From a virus: a DNA stretch of 64,000 nucleotides. Under the pieces are notes generated by a model, which worked only from the letters and a program-made list of their open reading frames with translations, was not told where the DNA came from and did not search any database. Positions 44,027 to 51,825 of this stretch are shown piece after piece. Each line of letters begins with the position of its first letter. Position 1 is the stretch's first letter. The stretch spans positions 1 through 64,000 of the IMG/VR virus record IMGVR_UViG_3300036715_002842; one strand, 5' to 3'. Both the position numbers and the translations under genes were made by a program.

Positions 44027-44974
44027 CTAGAAGTCTACTTTGTGGTCCGACTGCTTTACGTTCTTGAGATGCTGATCTTGTAGTTTCAAGGAGAAGGCTC
44101 CAATTCGAAGAGCCTTCCCTTGATAGATTCTATCCCCGTCTCCCTCACCATGAGGACCTGACAACTGAAGAATCTGGAAAATCTCTGGTCTGGAACTGTA
44201 TAGCTTCACGCCCAGAAGATTCGTCTTGATCGTGATGATGTAGTTCTGACCCATGTGAACTACCATTGGAAGATCGTGGGCCAAGATCATCTTACCTGGG
44301 GTGTTGGAGATCTGGAGCTTCTCGTAACCTGGGATGAATCTGATGGACTCGTACTCAACCTCAAAGCTGAGGGTGTACCGATAAGCACGTTCAACGTTCG
44401 AATCCTGCTGGAAGTCCCTTGAAAGGACTTCTGATTGGGTGTATTCTTGTGGGAGAATGATTTGGCTGTTGCTCGCATCTCCGTAGATCACGTTCTGGTA
44501 ATACTCTGGGAGATGTTGGAGGAAAATCTCATTCAACAGTTTCGCGAGCTTGTTGGTCGACTGCTCCTGCGAGGTCTCTGCCGTGAGGGTAACGGAGTAC
44601 TTTCCAATGTTCCTCTTCTGCAAGCAGTTCGACTGATTACCCGCGACGGAGTGCTCAACTGCGATACCCAAACCAGTCTTGATCACCCTAGGACTTCCAA
44701 CCTGGATAATAATGGCCGGCTCTCTGCGGAAGACGTAGGTCGAGAGATTGTAGATATTGATTTTCTGTTGCTTGGTATTGACCGGATCGATAGCGTATCC
44801 ATCTGCGAATGGAGACTGCTCAGTGAACAGGTTGCGATGCTTTCCATTTACGCTGAAGAACCAGGTCAGAACCTCTTTAAGAACCAGCGTAAGTACGGAA
44901 GATTCCTCTTCGACCGGCTGAGTCGCTTTGCTCTCTACGTTACTTCTTGGGACGGATGAGAATGGAGATGCCAA
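44027..44974 (-). CDS. putative tail completion/neck-like structural protein
   Basis: GGAGG RBS before TTG 44974; PAIIIQ...YSVTLTA...YTLSFEV pattern; function inferred. Confidence 0.45.
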   Translation of the reverse strand: MASPFSSVPRSNVESKATQPVEEESSVLTLVLKEVLTWFFSVNGKHRNLFTEQSPFADGYAIDPVNTKQQKINIYNLSTYVFRREPAIIIQVGSPRVIKTGLGIAVEHSVAGNQSNCLQKRNIGKYSVTLTAETSQEQSTNKLAKLLNEIFLQHLPEYYQNVIYGDASNSQIILPQEYTQSEVLSRDFQQDSNVERAYRYTLSFEVEYESIRFIPGYEKLQISNTPGKMILAHDLPMVVHMGQNYIITIKTNLLGVKLYSSRPEIFQILQLSGPHGEGDGDRIYQGKALRIGAFSLKLQDQHLKNVKQSDHKVDF

Positions 44975-45073
44975 GTGTACCTCCCCATTATTGTAACCGA
45001 AACCCCTGAATTCTCCTCTTTTGAAAACTAAACGAACCTGGTGGACTAGGTTATCTCTTTTAGGAGTAGTTCT

Positions 45074-45559
45074 ATGGATCAAGACTACTTGGACCAGTTC
45101 GGGACACTGTTGAAAGAGGCCGGTACCCCTCTCGGCAAGATGAAGGTTCTCCAAGAATTTCATCTCTACAGAGCAAACATGATGAAGATGGAGAAATATG
45201 CCAAACGGGCCAGACCCCTAACTCAGAAGATTCCGGAACCAGAGGATTTGGTTGGGATCAAGTTCGATGAGCAATCACATATTCGAGAACAGAATTTTGC
45301 GAAATTAAAGCTGCCTGACCAGTACCCTTACGTGATGGACCAGATCTGGAAGATTTCAAAGAATGGTTACATGAGGGTAGTGGTGATGCAAGATCACGAT
45401 TACGCAGAGATCACCTTTCACAAGTGGAACGATGTAGTACTGAAATACCTACCATACGAGAGAAAGAAAACCATTCATCCCCGGACCGCAGAAGCTCTTA
45501 CAGAGAAGTTCTCCAAGCTGGGTGCCCTCCTAATTTATAGTCAATCAATCGAGAGCTGA
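45074..45559 (+). CDS. hypothetical protein
   Basis: AGGAG RBS; coupled to ruvC. Confidence 0.7.
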   Translation: MDQDYLDQFGTLLKEAGTPLGKMKVLQEFHLYRANMMKMEKYAKRARPLTQKIPEPEDLVGIKFDEQSHIREQNFAKLKLPDQYPYVMDQIWKISKNGYMRVVVMQDHDYAEITFHKWNDVVLKYLPYERKKTIHPRTAEALTEKFSKLGALLIYSQSIES

Positions 45560-46095
45560 TGAGAATTCTTGGGCTGGATCCTGGATCTGTGAACTTTGGG
45601 TACGCAGTAGTAGACGTTGACGATGAATACTCCTATCTGAAGGACACCTACGTAGAAGTACCAACGGTCCTTGAACATGGACTACTCAAGAACATCCCCG
45701 GGTACTTTGCGAATAACGATCTGGATTCCGCACTCCTTCGTATCTGCGTTCAGGAGCTTCAAGAGATCTGCCTTCGTCATTCTGTTGATCGGATCGCAAT
45801 CGAACGTTGGATGGGTCGAGGTACGTTCATGCCGGGTTGGGTTGAGCGCCTGAACCATATTATTGGAGCCATGCTCTATTCGAGCCCCATCCCGATCAAG
45901 GCTATTACCGCGGCTTCGTGGAAAACTAGAATTTTAAAGCGTTATGGAATTAAGTCCACCAAGACACTGGTTGGATCCGTCAAGTCCGAGCATGCGGGAG
46001 ATGCGGTCATGCAGGCCACCTATCTCCACGAGCTGGAACTGGAAGCCCTTCTGAAAAGCCGAAAGGCTGCGGCTCGAAAATCTAAGAAGAAGTGA
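45559..46095 (+). CDS. ruvC: RuvC-like Holliday junction resolvase
   Basis: ILGLDPG..NFGYAV, IAIE, HAGDA. Confidence 0.8.
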   Translation: MRILGLDPGSVNFGYAVVDVDDEYSYLKDTYVEVPTVLEHGLLKNIPGYFANNDLDSALLRICVQELQEICLRHSVDRIAIERWMGRGTFMPGWVERLNHIIGAMLYSSPIPIKAITAASWKTRILKRYGIKSTKTLVGSVKSEHAGDAVMQATYLHELELEALLKSRKAAARKSKKK

Positions 46096-46129
46096 GAAAT
46101 CGAAGGTTACAATTGAGGAGACCCACACC

Positions 46130-46897
46130 ATGAACTACCCAATTACTGAAATCTTCCACTCTATTCAGGGAGAAGGCGCTAATGCAGGTCGTAGCGCAAC
46201 CTTTATTCGTCTTGCAGGTTGCAACTTAGCCTGCACAGTGACAATTGAAGGGAAAGAGTATCCTTGCGATGAACCGCTTCACGACGATGCCAACGCCAAG
46301 AAACAGATGAGCGTTGCAGATATTCTAGAGCAGGTGAATGCCTTTGGTCCGGTAGAGGTAATTGTTATTACTGGTGGTGAGCCCACTCTCTACGATCTCA
46401 AACCCCTAACGGACGCGCTTAACAGTGATCAGGTCACCTGGCGTCATGAAGTTAATCGTCTCCACCCTCTCACTGGTTATGTTCGTGCCAGGGGCATTGC
46501 AGGTCTTCTTGGCGGTGTTGCGAATGGCCCACTGATTTGCATGGAGACCAATGGGACCTTGAAGCTCCGAGGTGACATCGACTTCATTAGCCTTTCTCCC
46601 AAGCCTGCGCGCTTCGGTAAAGGTGGAAAGAGGATTCCGGTCCTTGATGAGATGATCGAGAAGGCTGGGGAGATCCGAATCGTAGCCGGATGGGATACCG
46701 CGGATGAGGTCCAGTCCAAGATTGAAGACTACTTCTTCAAGACCAGCGGCCAGATTTTCATCAGTCCACTAACGAAATTCCCTGGTAATCTTTTGATCCA
46801 GGAGACTGCTGAGATGGCAGTTGAGCTGGTAAAATCAAATGCCAGAAAGGGAATTCGCTTGAGTCTTCAGACGCATAAGTGGATGCAAATTCGGTAA
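46130..46897 (+). CDS. queE: 7-carboxy-7-deazaguanine synthase (radical SAM)
   Basis: EIFHSIQGEG, FIRLAGCN, ITGGEP, METNG, SLSPK, RLSLQTHK. Confidence 0.9.
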   Translation: MNYPITEIFHSIQGEGANAGRSATFIRLAGCNLACTVTIEGKEYPCDEPLHDDANAKKQMSVADILEQVNAFGPVEVIVITGGEPTLYDLKPLTDALNSDQVTWRHEVNRLHPLTGYVRARGIAGLLGGVANGPLICMETNGTLKLRGDIDFISLSPKPARFGKGGKRIPVLDEMIEKAGEIRIVAGWDTADEVQSKIEDYFFKTSGQIFISPLTKFPGNLLIQETAEMAVELVKSNARKGIRLSLQTHKWMQIR

Positions 46898-47251
46898 AAG
46901 ATTTCTCTACCCCCTCTGGGCTATTTGCCCGGATAATTGAGTCCAAGATCCATCAAGGATGACTCGATGCTGGTCACCACCTTAGGCACTTTCAGAAACC
47001 CGTGTAAAATAACGGAGATTCGAGGTACCACGGGTCAAATGGTGGTTGGTATTCTATCCGTTAAGAGTATTACTTTCTACCATTTGAGGAAAGTTCTAAA
47101 GGGCAATTTTCTGGGTGACTTTGCATTTTCAAAGTTCCTCAAAAAATTGAGCCTTGATTTTTCTTCGAGACCCGGTAAATTAGTAGTATATGTTCCCCAG
47201 AGGCCCCGGCTCCCCCACCTTCTCTACTGCCCCACTTTCTAGAGGTGCTTA

Positions 47252-48343
47252 ATGCGCTTGCTGATGTTCCGGTCTCAACTCACACCTCAGGGGATAACAT
47301 TCGTACCTCGTGAGGGTGAGCCGGCGCGATATAGCATCTTCCAGGACATCCACGACTACATCAAGATGAGCACTGAGAGTCTTCTCCATCCTCAGGCGGC
47401 GGTCGATCTGGTCATGGACAGCATCGCTCTACGTATCCTGCACCTGCCTCAGGCTCCGGACCACAAGGAGATCTACAGCAGTCAGTGCACCATCCGTAAG
47501 ACCAATGCGGATACCGGGAACGAGTGGTATGAGAAGACCCGGGACTTCAAAAACAAGTTTATGTATTGCATCAACTTCAACCGTATATCTCGTGCAGCGG
47601 AAGAAGCGATTGACAATCCGAAGAAGACCCTCATCTCTATTGCCAGCTTCTGGGATGTTTCCGAATACGAACTGGAACAGATTCTGAACTGGTATTACGA
47701 AACCGGACAGCAGCTCTACGGTGCCAAGGACCAGCGCCCTGAGTGGTGGGGGCAGCGCATTGATGAGGTTGCCCGCTACAAGGCTCTGGAATTTGAGTTC
47801 GTCAAGCAGGTGAACAAGAAACTGGCTACCCCGGCCTTCAGCTACCTCGTGGACTTCTACGAGTCCAGAGAATCCATCGTCCAGGACTTGATGCGAGAAG
47901 CCTGGCGCGCAGTTCTGGATACTTCCCACAAGCCGGAGCTTGATACCCTTCGCATGGGTAAGACCTACATCAATACGGTCATCCATCACGTGGCCCAGAG
48001 CTACACCAAGCACCATGGGAAGCAGGCTTACAACAAGCAGAACGATACTTACGAGACCATCGAGTTCTCTCTTCTGAGTGAACCGGACATGGATGAGTCC
48101 AAGCACTTCTTCCTGGCCCACGAGGTAAGTGAGTATCACGAAATGGAAGTCTTCCATACCCTCGACAAGGTTCTGGCTGACAATGAGATGACCCTGGTGC
48201 GGGTCCTCACTGGTGATCTGGAGAGTCCGGAATTCGAGAGTTACGCCTCGGGAATGTCCAGTCGTAGGATTGCGGCCTTCACCTTCTTCAAGGTGGACGC
48301 TGAGAACCTGCGGGACAAGTTCGGATACCTGTTCCACAGCTAA
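47252..48343 (+). CDS. hypothetical protein, possibly divergent sigma-factor-like
   Basis: ESIVQDLMREAWRAV...KTYINTVI resembles sigma region 2; weak. Confidence 0.4.
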   Translation: MRLLMFRSQLTPQGITFVPREGEPARYSIFQDIHDYIKMSTESLLHPQAAVDLVMDSIALRILHLPQAPDHKEIYSSQCTIRKTNADTGNEWYEKTRDFKNKFMYCINFNRISRAAEEAIDNPKKTLISIASFWDVSEYELEQILNWYYETGQQLYGAKDQRPEWWGQRIDEVARYKALEFEFVKQVNKKLATPAFSYLVDFYESRESIVQDLMREAWRAVLDTSHKPELDTLRMGKTYINTVIHHVAQSYTKHHGKQAYNKQNDTYETIEFSLLSEPDMDESKHFFLAHEVSEYHEMEVFHTLDKVLADNEMTLVRVLTGDLESPEFESYASGMSSRRIAAFTFFKVDAENLRDKFGYLFHS

Positions 48344-48391
48344 GTTCAAAAACCTCCAACCTTCTACTAAAATAGGTGGAAGGAGGTTTTC

Positions 48392-48769
48392 ATGGTCTGG
48401 TTTAAAAAACCTTCACCAGTTGGAGTTAAGAAAGAGCACTCCAAAAACGTGGAAACTCTACTTTCGATGGTTCCGCACCCAATTCGTGCCCTCAAAGAAC
48501 TCATTAGTCCCGGCGGTCCAAGTGTGGCCACTCTGGTTACCCTCACGACTTGCATGTGCTTGAACGTTGAGTGCCTGATACTTGTGTGGTTCCGCGCCAA
48601 GTGGAACCAGCCAGTGACTGCGGAGCTTACGATCATAGCCGGTATGCTAAGCGCGCTCATTGGCTACGTGTACCATCGCTACAAGTCCTCGGAAGAGAGA
48701 ACCGCGGCTCACAAGCCGAAAAGATCAACGGATAAGAACCCTCTTACGCGTGCAGAGGATAAGGGTTAG
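48392..48769 (+). CDS. two-TM membrane protein (holin-like)
   Basis: GGAGG RBS; two hydrophobic helices, basic C-terminus. Confidence 0.55.
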   Translation: MVWFKKPSPVGVKKEHSKNVETLLSMVPHPIRALKELISPGGPSVATLVTLTTCMCLNVECLILVWFRAKWNQPVTAELTIIAGMLSALIGYVYHRYKSSEERTAAHKPKRSTDKNPLTRAEDKG

Positions 48770-48826
48770 AGTTACTCGAAGGAGCGCTCTACCCCGTTAA
48801 TCTCGGCAGCAATCACCGTTTGGCCT

Positions 48827-49105
48827 CTAACTAGCGAGCGGCAGCTTTTCAATTTCTGCCATGAATGAAGGTGGGGTTGTGAAAGCTGCCGCTCGAGGTA
48901 TCTTAAAGTACGGATCGGTAAATCCGATGGCACCTTCAGAGATGGCATCCTTAATAAGGAACCGTGGAGTGTCCAGGATGACCAGAGTTTCGTTCTTCCA
49001 CTCTTCCGGATACTCTAGAACGAACTGAGCAATAGCGTGCCCAGCTTGAGACATCTTTTGTCCGAAAGAAAGTTTTTCGTCGATCAGAATGTAGAGCTTA
49101 GTCAT
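48827..49105 (-). CDS. PTH2-like peptidyl-tRNA hydrolase
   Basis: KLYILID..LS.GQKMSQAGHA...W...LVIL, resembling the PTH2 N-terminal motif. Confidence 0.7.
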   Translation of the reverse strand: MTKLYILIDEKLSFGQKMSQAGHAIAQFVLEYPEEWKNETLVILDTPRFLIKDAISEGAIGFTDPYFKIPRAAAFTTPPSFMAEIEKLPLAS

Positions 49106-49409
49106 CGCTTTCCTCGTCTTCATCGTTCTTCTTGATGAGATAGGGTTTGAGAGGGTCCATATAAATGACCCCATCCTTCTTGAACGCTTCCTCGATTGCA
49201 GACATGGGAAACTTGAAAGTGTAATAGTTGTCGTTACAACTGTAAGAACAACGGCAAGGATTCACTTCCCGAATATTCGCGATAAGATGGTCACCCTCCA
49301 TTCGAAATCCCTGCAACCTAAAGTTGCTGAAGAGCTTGGAGTGATAGAAGGCGTCCTTGAGCTTCTGTTCAAACTTCTTCGTGGCTTGAAGGGTTTCGGT
49401 GTAAGACAT
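49098..49409 (-). CDS. hypothetical protein
   Basis: GGAG RBS before MSYTETLQ. Confidence 0.65.
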   Translation of the reverse strand: MSYTETLQATKKFEQKLKDAFYHSKLFSNFRLQGFRMEGDHLIANIREVNPCRCSYSCNDNYYTFKFPMSAIEEAFKKDGVIYMDPLKPYLIKKNDEDEESDD

Positions 49410-49499
49410 TGGAATTCTCCACAAGTTGTAAAAGTTGATTGACAAACCGGATATGCAGCTCCGTTAACATCCTCTTCAAAGGCTTGCTGTCTAACCTCT

Positions 49500-49673
49500 T
49501 CAGATTGTGGGATGGTAATCCTTTCCAGCAATCTTTACCCAGTTTGACATTCCAATCAAGAGGTGACCGTGCTGAGAAGGGGAGAAGGGGACTAGCCCCT
49601 TCCCATCACAGTGCAGACTTGGCTTAGACGATTCGAAGACCGTCCGGCAACCAAGACAGATCCACTCTTTCAT
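49500..49673 (-). CDS. small zinc-ribbon-like protein (57 aa)
   Basis: TGATG coupling; MKEWICLGCRTVFESSKPSLHCDG... Confidence 0.5.
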   Translation of the reverse strand: MKEWICLGCRTVFESSKPSLHCDGKGLVPFSPSQHGHLLIGMSNWVKIAGKDYHPTI

Positions 49674-50119
49674 CACTTCCCCTCTTGCATGTCGAGGAGG
49701 ATCTGCGTACTCAGACCCTGCTGGAAGTCCAGAGTCTCCTTACGGAAACGCTTCTTCTCTTCCCAAGCGGCGATGTCCTCAGCAATCATTTCCTTCCATT
49801 CCGCGAGCTGGCGCTGAGAATAGTGGTCGGCTTGCTTGTGGAAGTAAGAACGGCTGGGATTCCGGTTGGGCTCGATCTGCTCGAGGGTACGTCCACGGAG
49901 AAGGCAGTAAGCGATGTGCTTCGCTCTCCAATTCTGATCGTCGCAGCTGTAGAAGTTCTCGGGCTTGATTGCCAGGAGCTTGGCGCGAAGTTCTTCCTGT
50001 TGCTCCCCGGGAATGGAAGGCTTGAAGGTGGCATCGTAACGCCGTTCCCAATGCCTGCAAGCCACTTCGTGCTTGAGCTCTGCCTTGATGGTTGCGATCA
50101 GTTCTTTGTAAGTGGTCAT
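49673..50119 (-). CDS. hypothetical protein, first gene of the amber-gated operon
   Basis: 148 aa; RAKHIAYCLLRGRTLEQIE; RBS lies inside a hairpin. Confidence 0.75.
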   Translation of the reverse strand: MTTYKELIATIKAELKHEVACRHWERRYDATFKPSIPGEQQEELRAKLLAIKPENFYSCDDQNWRAKHIAYCLLRGRTLEQIEPNRNPSRSYFHKQADHYSQRQLAEWKEMIAEDIAAWEEKKRFRKETLDFQQGLSTQILLDMQEGK

Positions 50120-50121
50120 TA

Positions 50122-50173
50122 GATTCTCCGAAATTTGAAAAGTTTGAGAAAAGGTTTTCGAATTTGGAGAATC
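50122..50173 (-). promoter_or_regulatory. RBS-sequestering hairpin
   Basis: GATTCTCC-AAATT-CGAAAA pairs with TTTTCA-AATTT-C-GGAGAATC, burying the GGAG of the gene starting at 50119. Confidence 0.75.
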
Positions 50174-50198
50174 ACTAAGGTGGGCGGTTCTACGTCAT
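50172..50198 (-). promoter_or_regulatory. amber minigene 2 (M-T-UAG-N-R-P-P-UAG-UGA)
   Basis: AAGGAG-6 nt-ATG ACG TAG AAC CGC CCA CCT TAG TGA. Confidence 0.7.
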
Positions 50199-50209
50199 CG
50201 TAGGCTCCT

Positions 50210-50329
50210 TTACGAACAGAAAAAACCCAACAGAGGCTGCTGGGCAGCTGATCCGTTGGGGAGGAAGTGTTCTTGCGAACACAGATTTTTGTGGTGTGGC
50301 AAAACTTTGGAGCCGCGAATCTACTTCAT
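50210..50329 (-). promoter_or_regulatory. amber minigene 1 / leader ORF (M-K-UAG, then 36 open codons to TAA)
   Basis: GAGGG RBS, ATG AAG TAG; frame stays open through the terminator to TAA 50212-50210. Confidence 0.65.
50220..50260 (-). terminator. intrinsic terminator/attenuator in leader
   Basis: CCCAACGGA..GCTGC-CCA-GCAGC..TCTGTTGGG-TTTTTT. Confidence 0.8.
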
Positions 50330-50342
50330 GGTCTTGTCCCTC

Positions 50343-50380
50343 AAATGGTTGGTACTACCCAAAATGGTTGGTACTACCCA
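50343..50380. repeat. 19-bp direct tandem repeat in leader
   Basis: AAATGGTTGGTACTACCCA x2. Confidence 0.85.
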
Positions 50381-50387
50381 AAGACTA

Positions 50388-50416
50388 ATTATAACCCCGG
50401 ATCTTTCGTTTGCCAA
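50388..50416 (-). promoter_or_regulatory. sigma70-like promoter of the amber-gated operon
   Basis: TTGGCA-17 nt-TATAAT. Confidence 0.75.
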
Positions 50417-50480
50417 GGTTTGACGGAAAAATTATTTTACCCTTGGCTTCATGGTTACATATCAGTGACGATCTTGATGG

Positions 50481-51518
50481 TCATGGCTGACTCCCAGAAG
50501 TAAGGACGTTTCGTTCCATGGGCTGACCGTGCATCCAGTGTTTCACGGTCTGGACATGGGAGGCCCGGACGAACTTCCCAACCTTGACCCGAAACTCAGA
50601 GAAGGGGAATGCCTCGGCCACCCGGACCACATAGCCCTCCTGGCGATCCCATTTGCGCTTGTCCCACAAGGCGCGGATGGCCTTTTCGTCATAGATTCCG
50701 TCGTAGAGTACGGGAACAGGAGTAATCCCCAACAGGGCAAACCATTCCAGCGTCTCGTCCCAGGGGAGGCAGATGTTCCGGTCATCCCAGATGGAGAACC
50801 CAAGCAGGTAGCTGGGAAGGCCGTCGTAGCCGATGGAATGCTTGGCGTAGAGGTTTTCGCCGCACACTCGCCATCCTTCCGGGATGTCCATACGGATCTG
50901 GGACCAGAATTGCTTGACCCAGTTCCGGCTGGGGTGACTGCGCCCATCCAGGCTCCGAGCGTGGATGTGATCCTGGTAGAGGGACGTGTTTTCTCCGTCC
51001 ATTTTCTCGGTAACGATCACCCGCTTCCCTGCGAGGGCTGCGGTGGAATCCATCATTCGGTCGTCGTCGTTCATTCCCTCCGACCATGGCAGATGGTGGG
51101 TCCTGGGATACTTGACCCAGTGGGTGAATAGGCTAAGAACGCCGCCAATGGCGAGCACCTTCTGAACGCTCTCGTCATGGAACAACTCCCCCTTGAGGCG
51201 CTGGCCATTGGGGAGGATGGGATTCCCCCACTTGTCATAAGGCTGGTCCGCGTAGAGATGTGGTGGGAGCAAAGATTTGGTGATCCCGCAGGCGTTACGA
51301 ACATCCTCGGTGGAGATCTCTGTGGTTTCGCACCGCATGTGGTGATCGCCACAAACGGAAGCGCCGTTGTCGAGGTAGTAGCCTCCGTCCGGCCACAGTC
51401 TGCGTTCCAGGATGTGGTGGGCGTCCGCAGCAGGTTCCCCGCAGAAGACACAGCGGCCCTTGGCGCGAGCAAACACGGCCTCGCGGAAAGCGTCTCTGGT
51501 TAGCAGCAGGGCGTTCAT
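50481..51518 (-). CDS. HNH domain fused to RNA ligase
   Basis: N-terminal CVFC...DAHHI...C..HH; KYPRTHHL, VTEKMDGEN, CGENL, EGYVVR. Confidence 0.85.
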   Translation of the reverse strand: MNALLLTRDAFREAVFARAKGRCVFCGEPAADAHHILERRLWPDGGYYLDNGASVCGDHHMRCETTEISTEDVRNACGITKSLLPPHLYADQPYDKWGNPILPNGQRLKGELFHDESVQKVLAIGGVLSLFTHWVKYPRTHHLPWSEGMNDDDRMMDSTAALAGKRVIVTEKMDGENTSLYQDHIHARSLDGRSHPSRNWVKQFWSQIRMDIPEGWRVCGENLYAKHSIGYDGLPSYLLGFSIWDDRNICLPWDETLEWFALLGITPVPVLYDGIYDEKAIRALWDKRKWDRQEGYVVRVAEAFPFSEFRVKVGKFVRASHVQTVKHWMHGQPMERNVLTSGSQP

Positions 51519-51639
51519 TGGGTGGTTCCTTTCGAGTTGGATTCATTACATTTCAGACGCTACCGTATGGCGTACCTGTGGGTGTATCCCCTTGAATTCT
51601 GGCTCGTAGTGTTTCAAAGCGGTTTCACTCTTAAAAAAG

Positions 51640-51711
51640 TCCCCACGGTGGTAGTCGAAACCACGACACAGTGTTTTAGAAGCACCTGCTCTACCGTTGA
51701 GCTACGTGGGG
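51640..51711 (-). tRNA. amber suppressor tRNA (anticodon CTA)
   Basis: CCCCACG/CGTGGGG acceptor, TAGCTCAACGGTAGAGC D arm, GGTGC-TTCTAAA-ACACT, GTGGT-TTCGACT-ACCAC; CCA not encoded. Confidence 0.8.
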
Positions 51712-51730
51712 AAAGATCTGCTACCTAGAA

Positions 51731-51758
51731 AGAATAACCTTGAATTTTGAATTGTCAA
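51731..51758 (-). promoter_or_regulatory. promoter of the suppressor tRNA
   Basis: TTGACA-16 nt-TATTCT, 19 nt upstream of the tRNA. Confidence 0.65.
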
Positions 51759-51825
51759 TCCGAAATTATGAAAAAGCGACCAGTTCTCTGGTCGCTCTTA
51801 AGAACAGGAAGAAAAGTTAAATTAT

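Noticed and set aside
44017-44029. Amber readthrough fusing the 44974 gene to the in-frame 44017 gene
   Set aside because: TAG is followed by GGA TAA, so readthrough stops two codons later
49578-49606. GAAGGGG-ACTAG-CCCCTTC hairpin as a terminator
   Set aside because: No U-tract on either strand, and it lies within the coupled 57-aa ORF 49500-49673
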